Shown here piece after piece: positions 44,428-54,885 of a stretch of 64,000 nucleotides of DNA. A program made the translations under genes and the position numbers. Each line of letters starts with the position of its first letter. Positions within the stretch are counted from its first letter, which is position 1. Source of the stretch: Williopsis jadinii (Eukaryota); contig AP024664.1 of the NCBI GenBank assembly GCA_024346625.1, positions 3,720,001 through 3,784,000 of the forward strand, in the 5' to 3' direction. Under the pieces are notes generated by a model that was not told where the DNA came from, did not search any database, and saw only the letters and a program-made list of their open reading frames with translations.

Positions 44428-44678
44428 TGCTTCAGCGGGTACATCAACCTGGAACCGCCTGTGTTGATGTTGGGCATCAAAGCAGTGAAGTTGTACTGTT
44501 AGGTTATACTGTGGTGTGCGGGTTAATAGGTGTGCGGATGATATTATGTCCGGGTGTCACATCCTCAGTGTGCGCAAACCACATCGACATGGCGGCATGC
44601 TGGAAAATTTATACCTCCGAGTCATACAAACTCGTGGTGTTTTTTTTCCAACTCTTCTACTAAACCTGCTGAAGCTGT

Positions 44679-46973
44679 ATGTTGAAGCGCTTAGGCATAA
44701 GGACTATGACCACAGTGAATAAGAGTAAGGTTGTGCAGCCGAAGTGGCAGGTACCTGTGCAGAAGCAGGAGAAGCCAGTTCTCAAGCTTTATAACTCGTT
44801 GACGAGATCGAAGGAGGAGTTCGTGCCGTTGGACTCTGATGAGGTGACGTGGTACTCTTGCGGACCGACTGTTTACGACTCGAGTCATATGGGCCATGCC
44901 CGTAACTACGTGTCCATTGATATCAACAGAAGAATCCTCCAGAAGTACTTTAGATACAACGTGAAGTTTGTGCAGAACGTTACTGATATTGACGATAAGA
45001 TCATTATCAGAGCACGCCAGAATTACCTGTTTGAGGAGTTTGCTAAGGATTTGGCAGATGAGAAGACCGTTCCTGCTGGTGTCATCGACAAGGTTGAGTA
45101 TGGCTTCCAAAGCTTTGTTGAAAAGAATCTCCCGGAGGCCCCGGTGAATGCTGCAGAGTTCGACAAGTGGGCATCTGCTGTTAATGTGTCAGAAGAACAA
45201 GCAAAGAACCCCAAATTCCAAATGTACTATAACTCTGCTGTTTCCACTCGTTATGCGCTGGAAAACTCAAAGTCAATCACCAAGGAGGAATTCTTACAAG
45301 GTGTTAAGGATATCATTTCTCCAGTCCTGGATAAGGAGAAGGGCTCCACAGTGAATGACCCTGAAGTGTTCCGTGCTTTACCTTCCTACTGGGAGCGTAA
45401 GTTCAACGAGGACATGGCAGCACTGAACGTGCTACCACCAGATGTCGTAACTAGAGTCTCAGAGTACGTGCCAAACATCATCTCCTTTGTTGAGAAGATC
45501 ATTTCAAACGGATACGCTTACGCTACTAACGATGGTTCTGTCTATTTCAACACTGTGGCATTTGATCAATCTGATAAGCATGACTACGCTAAATTACAAC
45601 CATGGAACAAAGGTCAACTTGATCTGATTGCCGATGGCGAAGGTTCTCTAACGACCTCCGATGCTGGGAAAAGATCTCCAAACGATTTTGCCCTTTGGAA
45701 GGCATCGAAGCCAGGTGAGCCAGAATGGGATTCTCCTTGGGGAAAAGGCCGTCCAGGATGGCACATTGAATGTTCCGTGATGGCTAGTGATATCCTTGGC
45801 CCGCAGATTGATATTCACTCTGGTGGTATTGACTTGGCATTCCCTCATCACGATAACGAGCTGGCACAATCCGAAGCGTGCTTCGATAATCACCAATGGA
45901 TCAACTACTTCTTACACACAGGTCATCTGCACATTGAAGGTCAAAAGATGTCCAAGAGTTTGAAGAATTTCATCACGATTCAAGAGGCTTTGGAAACGTA
46001 CAGTGCCAGACAACTCAGACTGGCATTTGCATTTACGCAATGGAACAACCAATTGGACTTCAAGAAGAGTCTACTGCAAGAGGTGAAGGCATTTGAAAGC
46101 TCCTTGAGCAAGTTCTTCCAAAACGTTAGAGCATTCAACCACGAATACAACGATAGACTTGCTAAAGGAGACGTGATCTCAAAAGCTATCGGACCTTTAG
46201 AAAAACAACTTTTGCAAGATTTGAAAGATGCTAAAGCTAATGTGCACGCTGCATTCTGTGATAACTTGGCCACTCCACAGGCATTGAAACAATTGTCAGA
46301 TTTGGTCAGTAAGACCAACGCTTACATCACCGCAGCCGACTCTGAATTGAGAATCGATCAAATTAACCAAGTCACCTTCTTTGTCAGTGACATCTTGGAT
46401 ATTCTGGGTCTTCCTGCTCGTCGTGATCAGCTTGGATGGGAAGATGCCTCCACCACAGAGTCCTCAGGCTCCACGGAGGACGTCTTGCTACCAGCTTATA
46501 AGCTATTGTCCAAATTCAGAGATACTGTCCGTGCTGCTGCGATTGCAAACAAGGAATCCCGTGACCTTCTTGCTGAATGTGACTCGCTACGTGAAGAGCT
46601 ACTCCAAAGCGGTGTTTCTCTTGATGACCGTACCGACGGTAAACCAGCCCTCGTGAAGATCCTCACACCAGCGGAGAAGGAGGAGGCCATCAAGCTCCAG
46701 CAGGAGAAGAAGCAACGCGAGGAGGAGAAGAAGCAGAAGAAGCTACAGCAGCAGAAGCTCAAGGAAGAACAAGAAAAGCTGAAACTCGCAAAGGCTAAGA
46801 TCCCACCTTCCGAGCTCTTCAAGACGGAGCAATTCTCCGAATGGGACGAAACCGGTATGCCGCTAAAGGACAAGGACGGGAACGAAGTGAGCAAGAGCAT
46901 GAAGAAGAAACTCCAGAAGCAATACGACGCTCAGAAGAAGCTCCACGATGAGTATATAGCCTCCAATGCCTAA
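44679..46973 (+). CDS. CRS1: Cysteinyl-tRNA synthetase (YNL247W ortholog)
   Basis: [31 protein letters not shown]. Confidence 0.97.
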   Translation: MLKRLGIRTMTTVNKSKVVQPKWQVPVQKQEKPVLKLYNSLTRSKEEFVPLDSDEVTWYSCGPTVYDSSHMGHARNYVSIDINRRILQKYFRYNVKFVQNVTDIDDKIIIRARQNYLFEEFAKDLADEKTVPAGVIDKVEYGFQSFVEKNLPEAPVNAAEFDKWASAVNVSEEQAKNPKFQMYYNSAVSTRYALENSKSITKEEFLQGVKDIISPVLDKEKGSTVNDPEVFRALPSYWERKFNEDMAALNVLPPDVVTRVSEYVPNIISFVEKIISNGYAYATNDGSVYFNTVAFDQSDKHDYAKLQPWNKGQLDLIADGEGSLTTSDAGKRSPNDFALWKASKPGEPEWDSPWGKGRPGWHIECSVMASDILGPQIDIHSGGIDLAFPHHDNELAQSEACFDNHQWINYFLHTGHLHIEGQKMSKSLKNFITIQEALETYSARQLRLAFAFTQWNNQLDFKKSLLQEVKAFESSLSKFFQNVRAFNHEYNDRLAKGDVISKAIGPLEKQLLQDLKDAKANVHAAFCDNLATPQALKQLSDLVSKTNAYITAADSELRIDQINQVTFFVSDILDILGLPARRDQLGWEDASTTESSGSTEDVLLPAYKLLSKFRDTVRAAAIANKESRDLLAECDSLREELLQSGVSLDDRTDGKPALVKILTPAEKEEAIKLQQEKKQREEEKKQKKLQQQKLKEEQEKLKLAKAKIPPSELFKTEQFSEWDETGMPLKDKDGNEVSKSMKKKLQKQYDAQKKLHDEYIASNA

Positions 46974-47460
46974 TCCACACCATATCCGGCGCGGTTACCC
47001 GGCCTTCATTGCCATTCCCGTCGTAGTCGTAGCCACCTCCGCGAATATTTCCTATTCGGGAACGGGGAGGGCGCTTTCCCCTCTGGGCGAGCTGAAGAAC
47101 GCAAAGTAAAAGTTTTTGCGGCGTTGTGAAAATTTCCTCTCCTTTCCGCCAACGTGTTGTTGTTCTTCTTCAACACATCAAAACAAAGCAATACTTCAAG
47201 GCTCTTTGGTGTAAAAAGAACAGGTTCCCGCCCTTTGTACTATCACGGATCATAAAGCAAGCGAAGAAGGAGAAAATCACCTTTCTGTCTAGTTTATTAT
47301 CTTGAATTGAAAGCAGTACAGTGTAAACCAAACCATACCATACCGAGCCGAAACAAAGTACACTTGTAACCATTCGTAATCATAAGTGAACGAGCAACGG
47401 GATAGAAAAAACACGGTTACTTGAGACCAACTAAGCATCATAACACGTATCGGTAGCACT

Positions 47461-49245
47461 ATGTCAGTCGTCCAAGAGTTTGTAGATGTTTTGGGTGAGT
47501 TTAAAGGTTTAAAGTCTGGTATTTCTGGCTCTCGTATTAAGAAGTTGACCCAGTTGGCTGTTGAGAATGCTTCACTGCAGGACCAGCTGGTTGACAAGGT
47601 TATCGACAACCTGAAGACGTCGTCGGAGACGCACAAGCTCGGCGCACTGTACGTTGTCGATTCCATCGCCAGGGCCTACCAGGATGTTGCTGCTAAGAAC
47701 ATTGGTGCCAGTGCCGATGCCGCTGCTGGCTTAAAGAACTTGAATGGTAAGATCCAGGATGCCCTAGCCGTCACTCTCGGTGCCTGTCCACAGGACCATA
47801 AGGAGAAAGTGGCCAAATTGATAACCATATGGCGTAAAGCTGGTACTTTTGACCAGTCAATATTGGATAGCGTTAAGTCTGAATTCTTCGAAGGATCAAC
47901 TACCCCAAAGGGTGCCCCACCACCGCTGGCTACGGCTGCTAAATCACAGGCCGAGGCAGCTCCTGTTCTTTCAGCCAATGATTTGTTGAAGAACTTGGCC
48001 TCTTTGCAAAATCACAACAATAACCAGAGTGCAATTCCACCACCACCACCACCAGCAGCAGCTGCTCCTTCGTCTTCTGGAGTCGGTTCTGGTGCCCCTT
48101 CTGCACTCCCAAATATTCCTGGTCTACCATCAGACCCTAGAGATGCTATTGCTCAGCTTGTATCCACGATGCAAAACAATGGTAACTTGGCTGCGTTTAT
48201 GCAACAACAGCAACAGCAACAGCAGTTCCAACAACCGCAGTTCCAACAGCAACAACCACCGAACCACTCGTATCCACAACAAGGAGGCTCCTTGCCATCC
48301 CAATCCGAGTCCTTCGGCGGCTATAGAGGTGGCCAGGATAACGAGCGTGGGTACGAGAGAGACAGACGTGATAACGGTTACAGCCGTCGTCCAAGATCAA
48401 GATCTCCACAGAGAAGAAAACCAGCTGCGCCACCAGGCCACGTTATCGGAGAGAAGAATATTCCAGGAACTGCTCACTACAGAGAGAAGAACGTTCAGAT
48501 GGATCCAAACTTGCCTTACAACTCCATCAAGGTGTTGAGTCGTACGCTGTTCGTTGGTGGTATCCCTTCATACATGAATAGCGAAGAGTTGAAGAGTATC
48601 CTGAGACCATACGCTGAGGTGCAAAGTGTTATCATGAACGCCGAGCGTAAGCATGCGTTTGTCAAGACATATTCTCGTAAGGAAGCTGAGAACGTTATCA
48701 ACAACTTCCACCAGATCACTGCTGCTAATCTAAGAGTTCGTTGGGGTGTCGGCTATGGTCCTCGTGATTGCTGTGACTACATTCATGGTGTCAGTATTAT
48801 CCCAATCGACAGATTGACCGACGCTGACAAGCGTTGGGTCAACAGTGCCGAATGGGGTGGTGCTGGAATGGACAGACCTCTTGTTCCAAACATGGTGATG
48901 GAGGAGCCTGATATCGAAATCGGTGAAGGTGTGTCTTCCAAGGCCATTTCTAAGAAGATGCCAACGGATGGCTCCAGAAATGGACCAAGATCAAACAGAC
49001 CTGGTGAGCAGGACCAGAGCTACTCCACAAGCCAGACAGGATTGCCTTCGTTCATGCAGAACAACAACACCAGAGATAACCCATTGGCAAACTTGTTTGG
49101 AGGTAATGGCTCATTCGCACAGGGCCAAACCGCAACTTCAACACCACCTCCGCCTCCGGGCCAAGCTCCACCAGCAGCTGGTGGTGATGCCAACGCACAA
49201 CTCGCCAACTTGATGGCAATGCTTCAGAAACAGCAGGGTAAATAG
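47461..49245 (+). CDS. NRD1: Nrd1 (CID + RRM) transcription termination factor
   Basis: GISGSRIKKLT, HKLGALYVVDSI, RSRSP, SRTLFVGG, RWGVGYGPRDC, EEPDIEIGEGVSSKAIS. Confidence 0.96.
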   Translation: MSVVQEFVDVLGEFKGLKSGISGSRIKKLTQLAVENASLQDQLVDKVIDNLKTSSETHKLGALYVVDSIARAYQDVAAKNIGASADAAAGLKNLNGKIQDALAVTLGACPQDHKEKVAKLITIWRKAGTFDQSILDSVKSEFFEGSTTPKGAPPPLATAAKSQAEAAPVLSANDLLKNLASLQNHNNNQSAIPPPPPPAAAAPSSSGVGSGAPSALPNIPGLPSDPRDAIAQLVSTMQNNGNLAAFMQQQQQQQQFQQPQFQQQQPPNHSYPQQGGSLPSQSESFGGYRGGQDNERGYERDRRDNGYSRRPRSRSPQRRKPAAPPGHVIGEKNIPGTAHYREKNVQMDPNLPYNSIKVLSRTLFVGGIPSYMNSEELKSILRPYAEVQSVIMNAERKHAFVKTYSRKEAENVINNFHQITAANLRVRWGVGYGPRDCCDYIHGVSIIPIDRLTDADKRWVNSAEWGGAGMDRPLVPNMVMEEPDIEIGEGVSSKAISKKMPTDGSRNGPRSNRPGEQDQSYSTSQTGLPSFMQNNNTRDNPLANLFGGNGSFAQGQTATSTPPPPPGQAPPAAGGDANAQLANLMAMLQKQQGK

Positions 49246-49510
49246 TCATTGTATAGTACCGAAAAGAGAATTAATGGATTGATTAAGACATATTGGTGTC
49301 CACTGTTTTAATATTACGTAAGCAGCAGGAAGTATGGGGAAATCTTTTGATGCGATATGTGATTATGTAATGGCTGACTAAGCACACAACCCGCCGTGGG
49401 TTTTAAAACTTTTCATATTTTTTTCCGCTGACGTCGAGAATCACCAAACTTGAAAGAGGCGGATTACCAGCTTTGAAGGTGTTGGAAAGAAGGAAACGAC
49501 ATTTACAGAG

Positions 49511-50415
49511 ATGTATCAACGTATGTGTGTTGCACTGATGCCGTGTCCTCGCGTTGCGATGCCTTTACTAACGTGAATTCTGTGATAGCGTTGAAGAGAT
49601 GCTTAGCTACTGTTGCGTCCCCATCAGCAGAAGGAAGTGCAGTGAATGCCATTAAGGCTGCTCTATTACTGACGCGTCAGCCAATTGTGACGCCAGATCT
49701 CACAGAGCTGGAGAAAGCGTACTTCAACTACCAGGAGGAATTGGAACGTCGTCTCATGTGGACTTTCCCTCACTATTACTACTTCAAGAAGGGGTCCCTT
49801 TCAGAGCGTCGTTTCATCAAAGCTCAAAAGGGTCCGGTTTCTAACCAGCCAAACATCTTGTTCGAGAAGGGAGAGCCGGACGTTGTACACAACAGAGAGA
49901 GAAGACTGAAGCAGGAGGTGAGAATCCCAAAGGAGGAATACGAGGAGTCAAGTATGTCTGATATCTCCAGACCTGTTGTGCCAAACTCCAGAATCACAGA
50001 CGCTGATCGCGCAAACGATATTACTTCTTTGGAGAGAGCTTTACCAAGAACGCTACATCTATTGGTCAATGAGAACAACAAGGGATGGAAACTCCCATCC
50101 TTTGCCCTTGCACAAGGCACAACGCTTCACAGAGCTGCGGAGTCTGGACTTAGAGAGCTTGGTGGTGACGATATTCATACATGGACCGTGGCACGCTCTC
50201 CAGCTGCAGTGCTAAAGTATGAACATGGTAAATTAGTTGCACCGGATGCCAATTCTGACAAGCTGGAGAGAGAATTCATCATAAAATCACACATCCTTGC
50301 TGGTGCATTCAAACCACAGAACTTGGAGTACGCATGGCTGACCAAGGAGGAAGTTGAAGAGAGAGTCAGCAAGGACTATTTTGAGGCTACAGAGTTCTTG
50401 TTCTCTCGTGTTTGA
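49511..50415 (+). CDS. MRPL17: Mitochondrial ribosomal protein mL46; 2 exons (49511-49520, 49589-50415)
   Basis: Intron GTATGT...TACTAAC...TAG; ELERRLMWTFP, YYFKKGSL, SLERALPRTL, LHRAAESGL. Confidence 0.93.
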
Positions 50416-50526
50416 AGGGGGACAAGTCATTTGTATCATTACATAGAACGGAACAGAATTACATGTAAATATCCATCTGAGTATTCGTCGGAGAAGAAGA
50501 ATCACCGCTGATGATGTAGTTTATCA

Positions 50527-51717
50527 TCAGAGGGGTCTTATTCTGTAGCACACCATGATGTTACCATCAGGGTTAGAAAACAGGTGAGTTGTCTGATGCT
50601 TTGGGTTTGGACAGAATTGGAAAGTTGAAGGCAATGACGTTCCAGCCTTAGATCTCGTGACTTGAGTCTCTTCATTCCAGGTCCTTGTGTTGAATAGTCT
50701 CGTGGGCTGCTCTTCACCGTCGTACACTATTGCTATGAGCGTTGAGTTGAAAGTGACGTCAATTGCAGCTATTGGCTCGTCAACATCTCCAAAGGTCTTC
50801 ACTGCGACCAATGATTCCAGAGACCACACAGATGCCAGACCTTCATTTGCACCTACGTAGAGATATTGGCCCCTTGGATCAACTCTCAGCGTCCTGATAG
50901 CGGCGTTGTGGCCTTCAAGCACATGTACCAGCTCGAATTGACCACCTTGGTTATAGTATAAGTTGATTTGCCCATTAGCCAATCCAACAAATATGAAGTC
51001 AGATGTGTTACTCCAGCACAGCGAGTGAGGCACTGACTTCACCTTGATGTTCTGAATCACGCTGGCTGCACTTGGATCGACGATGATGAGGGAGTTCACC
51101 ACAGATGTACAGGCAATGAGCTTTGCATCTGGGGAGTAACCCACATGGTTCAGTTTATGGTGCTCAACAGCGTATGTATTTGACACGGTACCAGTGACGG
51201 AGTTCCAAATCTTGAGATGCTGATCATTCGCAACAGTCGCCAATGACGTTTCGCTTCCCGGTTTCCACGACATTGAGCATATGCCCTTTCCATGGGGCTG
51301 GTTAACAACCAGTGGAATGGTGTTTGCTGGTTCACCAGCAGATCTCATACCCCATATACGCAGTGATTCGTTATCAGCAGCTGCTATTCTTGTACCCAGG
51401 TAGTTCCAAGACGCACAGATCACCTCCCTTCTCTGTCTTGACCTTTCATACGCCAGTTTGACAGTGACAAAGTCCTTGAAGGGGCCCGTCTGGGTGTCTT
51501 CTTCCTGAGTTCTGAGCTTGTCCCTTTCCCTGTCACGGTCTCTGTCACGGTCTCTGTCACGGGCTCTCTCTCTGTCCCTGTCCCTGTCCCTGTCTCTGTC
51601 CCTGGTTCTGTCCCTGTCTCGGTCATTACGGCGTGCTCTGTCCCTTCCAGCGTCCCGTCCAGAATCCCGTCCAGAATCCCGTCCAGCGTCCCTATAGCCC
51701 CTGCCAGAATCTCTCAT
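50527..51717 (-). CDS. TEX1: TREX WD40 subunit Tex1/THOC3 with an Arg-Asp-repeat N-terminus
   Basis: WD40 repeats (LEGHNAAIRTLRVDPRGQYLYVGANEGLASVW); syntenic position between MRPL17 and RTC4. Confidence 0.8.
   Translation of the reverse strand: MRDSGRGYRDAGRDSGRDSGRDAGRDRARRNDRDRDRTRDRDRDRDRDRERARDRDRDRDRDRERDKLRTQEEDTQTGPFKDFVTVKLAYERSRQRREVICASWNYLGTRIAAADNESLRIWGMRSAGEPANTIPLVVNQPHGKGICSMSWKPGSETSLATVANDQHLKIWNSVTGTVSNTYAVEHHKLNHVGYSPDAKLIACTSVVNSLIIVDPSAASVIQNIKVKSVPHSLCWSNTSDFIFVGLANGQINLYYNQGGQFELVHVLEGHNAAIRTLRVDPRGQYLYVGANEGLASVWSLESLVAVKTFGDVDEPIAAIDVTFNSTLIAIVYDGEEQPTRLFNTRTWNEETQVTRSKAGTSLPSTFQFCPNPKHQTTHLFSNPDGNIMVCYRIRPL
51528..51700. repeat. Coding hexamer/12-mer repeats (RD and RDSG/RDAG)
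   Basis: (ctgtcc)n, (ctgtcacggtct)n and (cccgtccagaat)n. Confidence 0.85.
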
Positions 51718-51972
51718 CGCTTGAGGTGTCACACAGTGCTCTGGTTCTAAACCGTGGAGAATTGCGTCCGGAGGAAGTGGGCTCAGTTTTCCTCAACGCG
51801 ATGCCTTAGTTGTTTTGTTTTGTTTTGTTTTCTGACCTTACACCAGTGACGACACAAAAACAATTTCAATGTTGAGGTTGAAGCGATTGAAGTAAACAAA
51901 GCAGTTGCTACGACAATATAACGAAAGTGTTTAGATAGGAAGAAGAAGAAGACTTAGACGAAGAGCATACGT

Positions 51973-53499
51973 ATGGGTACGGAGTCGGGCAATTTCTACA
52001 GGAGCAGGCCGTCGTCGCTGTCGTCGATGAAGAACTCAGGGCCTCCCATACCAAGCGGAGGCTCACGAGGCTCGCTCACGAAGGAGTTTCCATCATTGAA
52101 TAGGAATTCCAGTGGGAGAAGCTGGAGTAGCACTGAAGGCTCTGTGATTTCGAGTCCAAATGATGAGTTTGAGAGAGATACATGGGATGCTCCTTCTGCG
52201 AAGGTTTCCACTACACGACGTGTAGTGGTTAGGAAAGTCAGTAGTGGACCTGACCCTGCTAATCTTCTTGGAGACCACAAAGGATCTACAACCACGTTGT
52301 CAAAGTCGAGCAACAAGAGGCCGATGTGTGGTGATGTTACTGAGAGCGACGAGCTCAGGAAGACTGGCTGTGCTGATTTTAAAAGACGGGTTATAGGCTC
52401 TTCTGGTTTGAGTTCAAACATTGGTTCAGCGCAGAAGAGGGAAGGCGAAGAGCCCAACCGAGGACAGAAGTCTAAAGCACTTGAGAGCTTGCGACTAGAA
52501 AGGAAACACAGAACTGCTATTTCGGGTGAGCGCAAAGGTCAAAATGGATCAGATATTCTCTCGACGCTGAGAGTTACACGAAGCAAGAGTAGGAGCTCAA
52601 GTGACCTGAAAGCCAGCGAACACGATTCCGTGCTCGATGATGATGAACTGCAATTGTTCAATACTAATGAGTGCAATGACTCTGACGAGCTGCTAAGCTC
52701 TCAGAGCCGGAAGTTCACTGTTGAAGACCTAAATACAGAAGAGAAGATGATCTTTGAAAAGGCTCAAAAGTTAAGGAAACAGGAAAGATCTTTACAAAGG
52801 AAAGCAGAGCAGATGGCAGATTTCCATTCACAGCTTCTTTCCACCAAGGTGTGGAAACCTCGCGGTGATGATGGTCAAGATGAGAACTTGAGCGACGAAC
52901 ACATATCCGGCTTCAATAAGAGCGCCGATCTCGATGAGGCGTTGAAACTTGACAATGCTGATGATTCCATCGAGGTATTTGACGAGTCGGTGAACCTTCA
53001 CAAGAAGCGGAGAACCGTCAGTGAGAAGTATGGCAACAAGACATACCAAGGTTCGTTGACGTCGCTCGAACTGAACGCAAAGGCGGAGGCCCATATCTCT
53101 TGTGTTGAGTCCATCCTTAATGGATCCATTCAGTCCGTCTACTATGCACAAGCTTCCACCATCGCCAAAGAGTCCAATACCGCAATGCCATCTGTGGAGG
53201 AGTTCAGGAGGATCAGCTTTGACGAGTTCACTATTGGATTCTATGGAATTCAGAGACAAACGTTCATCGCTAAGATCATAGCAAGGCAATTCAAGGATCC
53301 GTTAACACGGGCTATGCGCACAAACAAGACTGCTATCTGGTGGGGCAGGGACAACTTTGTGCTATACGTATTGGCTGCTGAGGTTGGTGCTCGAATAGCT
53401 GCTGAAGAATTGCACATAGATTTGGATGATGTGTACGACTTGTTCCTCAGCACTGTTGATTACGGCAAATACATCACAGACCTAGATCCGATAGAGTAA
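51973..53499 (+). CDS. RTC4: Rtc4-like protein
   Basis: C-terminal FTIGFYGIQRQ...WWGRDNFVLYVLAAEV...STVDYG block; synteny TEX1-RTC4-GIS2. Confidence 0.75.
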   Translation: MGTESGNFYRSRPSSLSSMKNSGPPIPSGGSRGSLTKEFPSLNRNSSGRSWSSTEGSVISSPNDEFERDTWDAPSAKVSTTRRVVVRKVSSGPDPANLLGDHKGSTTTLSKSSNKRPMCGDVTESDELRKTGCADFKRRVIGSSGLSSNIGSAQKREGEEPNRGQKSKALESLRLERKHRTAISGERKGQNGSDILSTLRVTRSKSRSSSDLKASEHDSVLDDDELQLFNTNECNDSDELLSSQSRKFTVEDLNTEEKMIFEKAQKLRKQERSLQRKAEQMADFHSQLLSTKVWKPRGDDGQDENLSDEHISGFNKSADLDEALKLDNADDSIEVFDESVNLHKKRRTVSEKYGNKTYQGSLTSLELNAKAEAHISCVESILNGSIQSVYYAQASTIAKESNTAMPSVEEFRRISFDEFTIGFYGIQRQTFIAKIIARQFKDPLTRAMRTNKTAIWWGRDNFVLYVLAAEVGARIAAEELHIDLDDVYDLFLSTVDYGKYITDLDPIE

Positions 53500-54030
53500 A
53501 TACGGGCTGCTGTCTTCAAATACATCGAGCTCAGATACTCTCAGCACTGGATCGGCACGGCAATATCGCTCGAATCCCTCATCATCGTTGTATAGCTTAT
53601 ACACCATCGTCGCTATACGTTATGAGCCATCCGGACACCGCTTACGTAAGCACTGCGGGAACCCTAAGTTTTTCTGCCATTTTTCTGTTTTCGTTTTTCG
53701 TCTTGTTGTTTTTCATCACGAATTTATACTGCTATCACCATAGCAATAAACATCAATCGCATACAAAAACACACACACACATGAAATTAACGTTTAAGTC
53801 TTGAAAACATAGCGCCGGAGTTGAAAAAAAGGCGAAAAAAGGCGTACACAAAAGTGCGCTGTGCGTTGTAGCGCCAAAAAGACGAAAATTGGACAAAAAT
53901 TTTTTTGTCTCGTCTCATCTTCGTTCATCTTGAATTCATCGAATATTTATTTCGTTTCATTCCATCAAAACCCCCCTCTCGGTGTTGAGTTGAAGAAGAT
54001 TGTTGAAGACTGAAGTGAAGACGTGGAGAA

Positions 54031-54576
54031 ATGGCTGCTGTATTCCCAAGAACCTGTTATAAATGTGGTGAACTCGGCCACGTTGCTGAGGCTTGTACCC
54101 AGGAGGAGCGTTTATGCTACAACTGTCACCAGCCGGGACACGAGTCCACTGCTTGTCCTGAGCCAAAGCAAAACACTCAAAAGCAGTGTTACAACTGTGG
54201 TGGTGTTGGTCACGTCCAGAGCGACTGTACTGAACAAAGCCAAGGTGCTCGTTGTTACAACTGCTCCGAGTTTGGTCACATTTCCAGAAACTGTCCACAA
54301 CCTCACCAGGGCAACTCCAGACCTCAGAAGTCGTTTGGCTCCAGAAACACCAAGACCACCTGCTACAAGTGTGGTGGGCCAAACCACTTTGCCCGTGACT
54401 GTCAGGCTGGTGTGACCAAGTGTTACGCCTGTGGTAAGATTGGTCACATCTCCAAGGACTGTACCTCTTCTGCTGGTGGTGACAACGCTGCTGCTGCTCC
54501 AAAGACTTGTTACAACTGTGGTGGTGTTGGTCACATCTCTAAAGAATGTACAGCCAAGCCTGAGGAGAAGGCTTAG
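54031..54576 (+). CDS. GIS2: CNBP-like CCHC zinc-knuckle RNA-binding protein
   Basis: Seven CX2CX4HX4C knuckles; synteny. Confidence 0.96.
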   Translation: MAAVFPRTCYKCGELGHVAEACTQEERLCYNCHQPGHESTACPEPKQNTQKQCYNCGGVGHVQSDCTEQSQGARCYNCSEFGHISRNCPQPHQGNSRPQKSFGSRNTKTTCYKCGGPNHFARDCQAGVTKCYACGKIGHISKDCTSSAGGDNAAAAPKTCYNCGGVGHISKECTAKPEEKA

Positions 54577-54885
54577 ATGCCATCAACTGTGAAGAGTTAT
54601 GTCTTTGCTGCGTGTCTTCCCCTGGCCATGTCAAGATTGTATTGAAGAAGAGTGTGTGTTGAAGGAAGGTGCTTCTGGAGCTTGAAGTTGAAAGTTGAAA
54701 GGTTCTATTGACGAGAATCATTTTATTCTTTATGAGATTTTACTACCGAGTATATATTCTAGTTCATATATACCTTCTGTTCTTTGTACTTAATTATATT
54801 TTACTTTTCCGGATTGGTTTATGAAGCATTTGACGTAGATTGATGTCGTAATGTATATGGGCTCTTATGATGCCGTGGTTCTATA

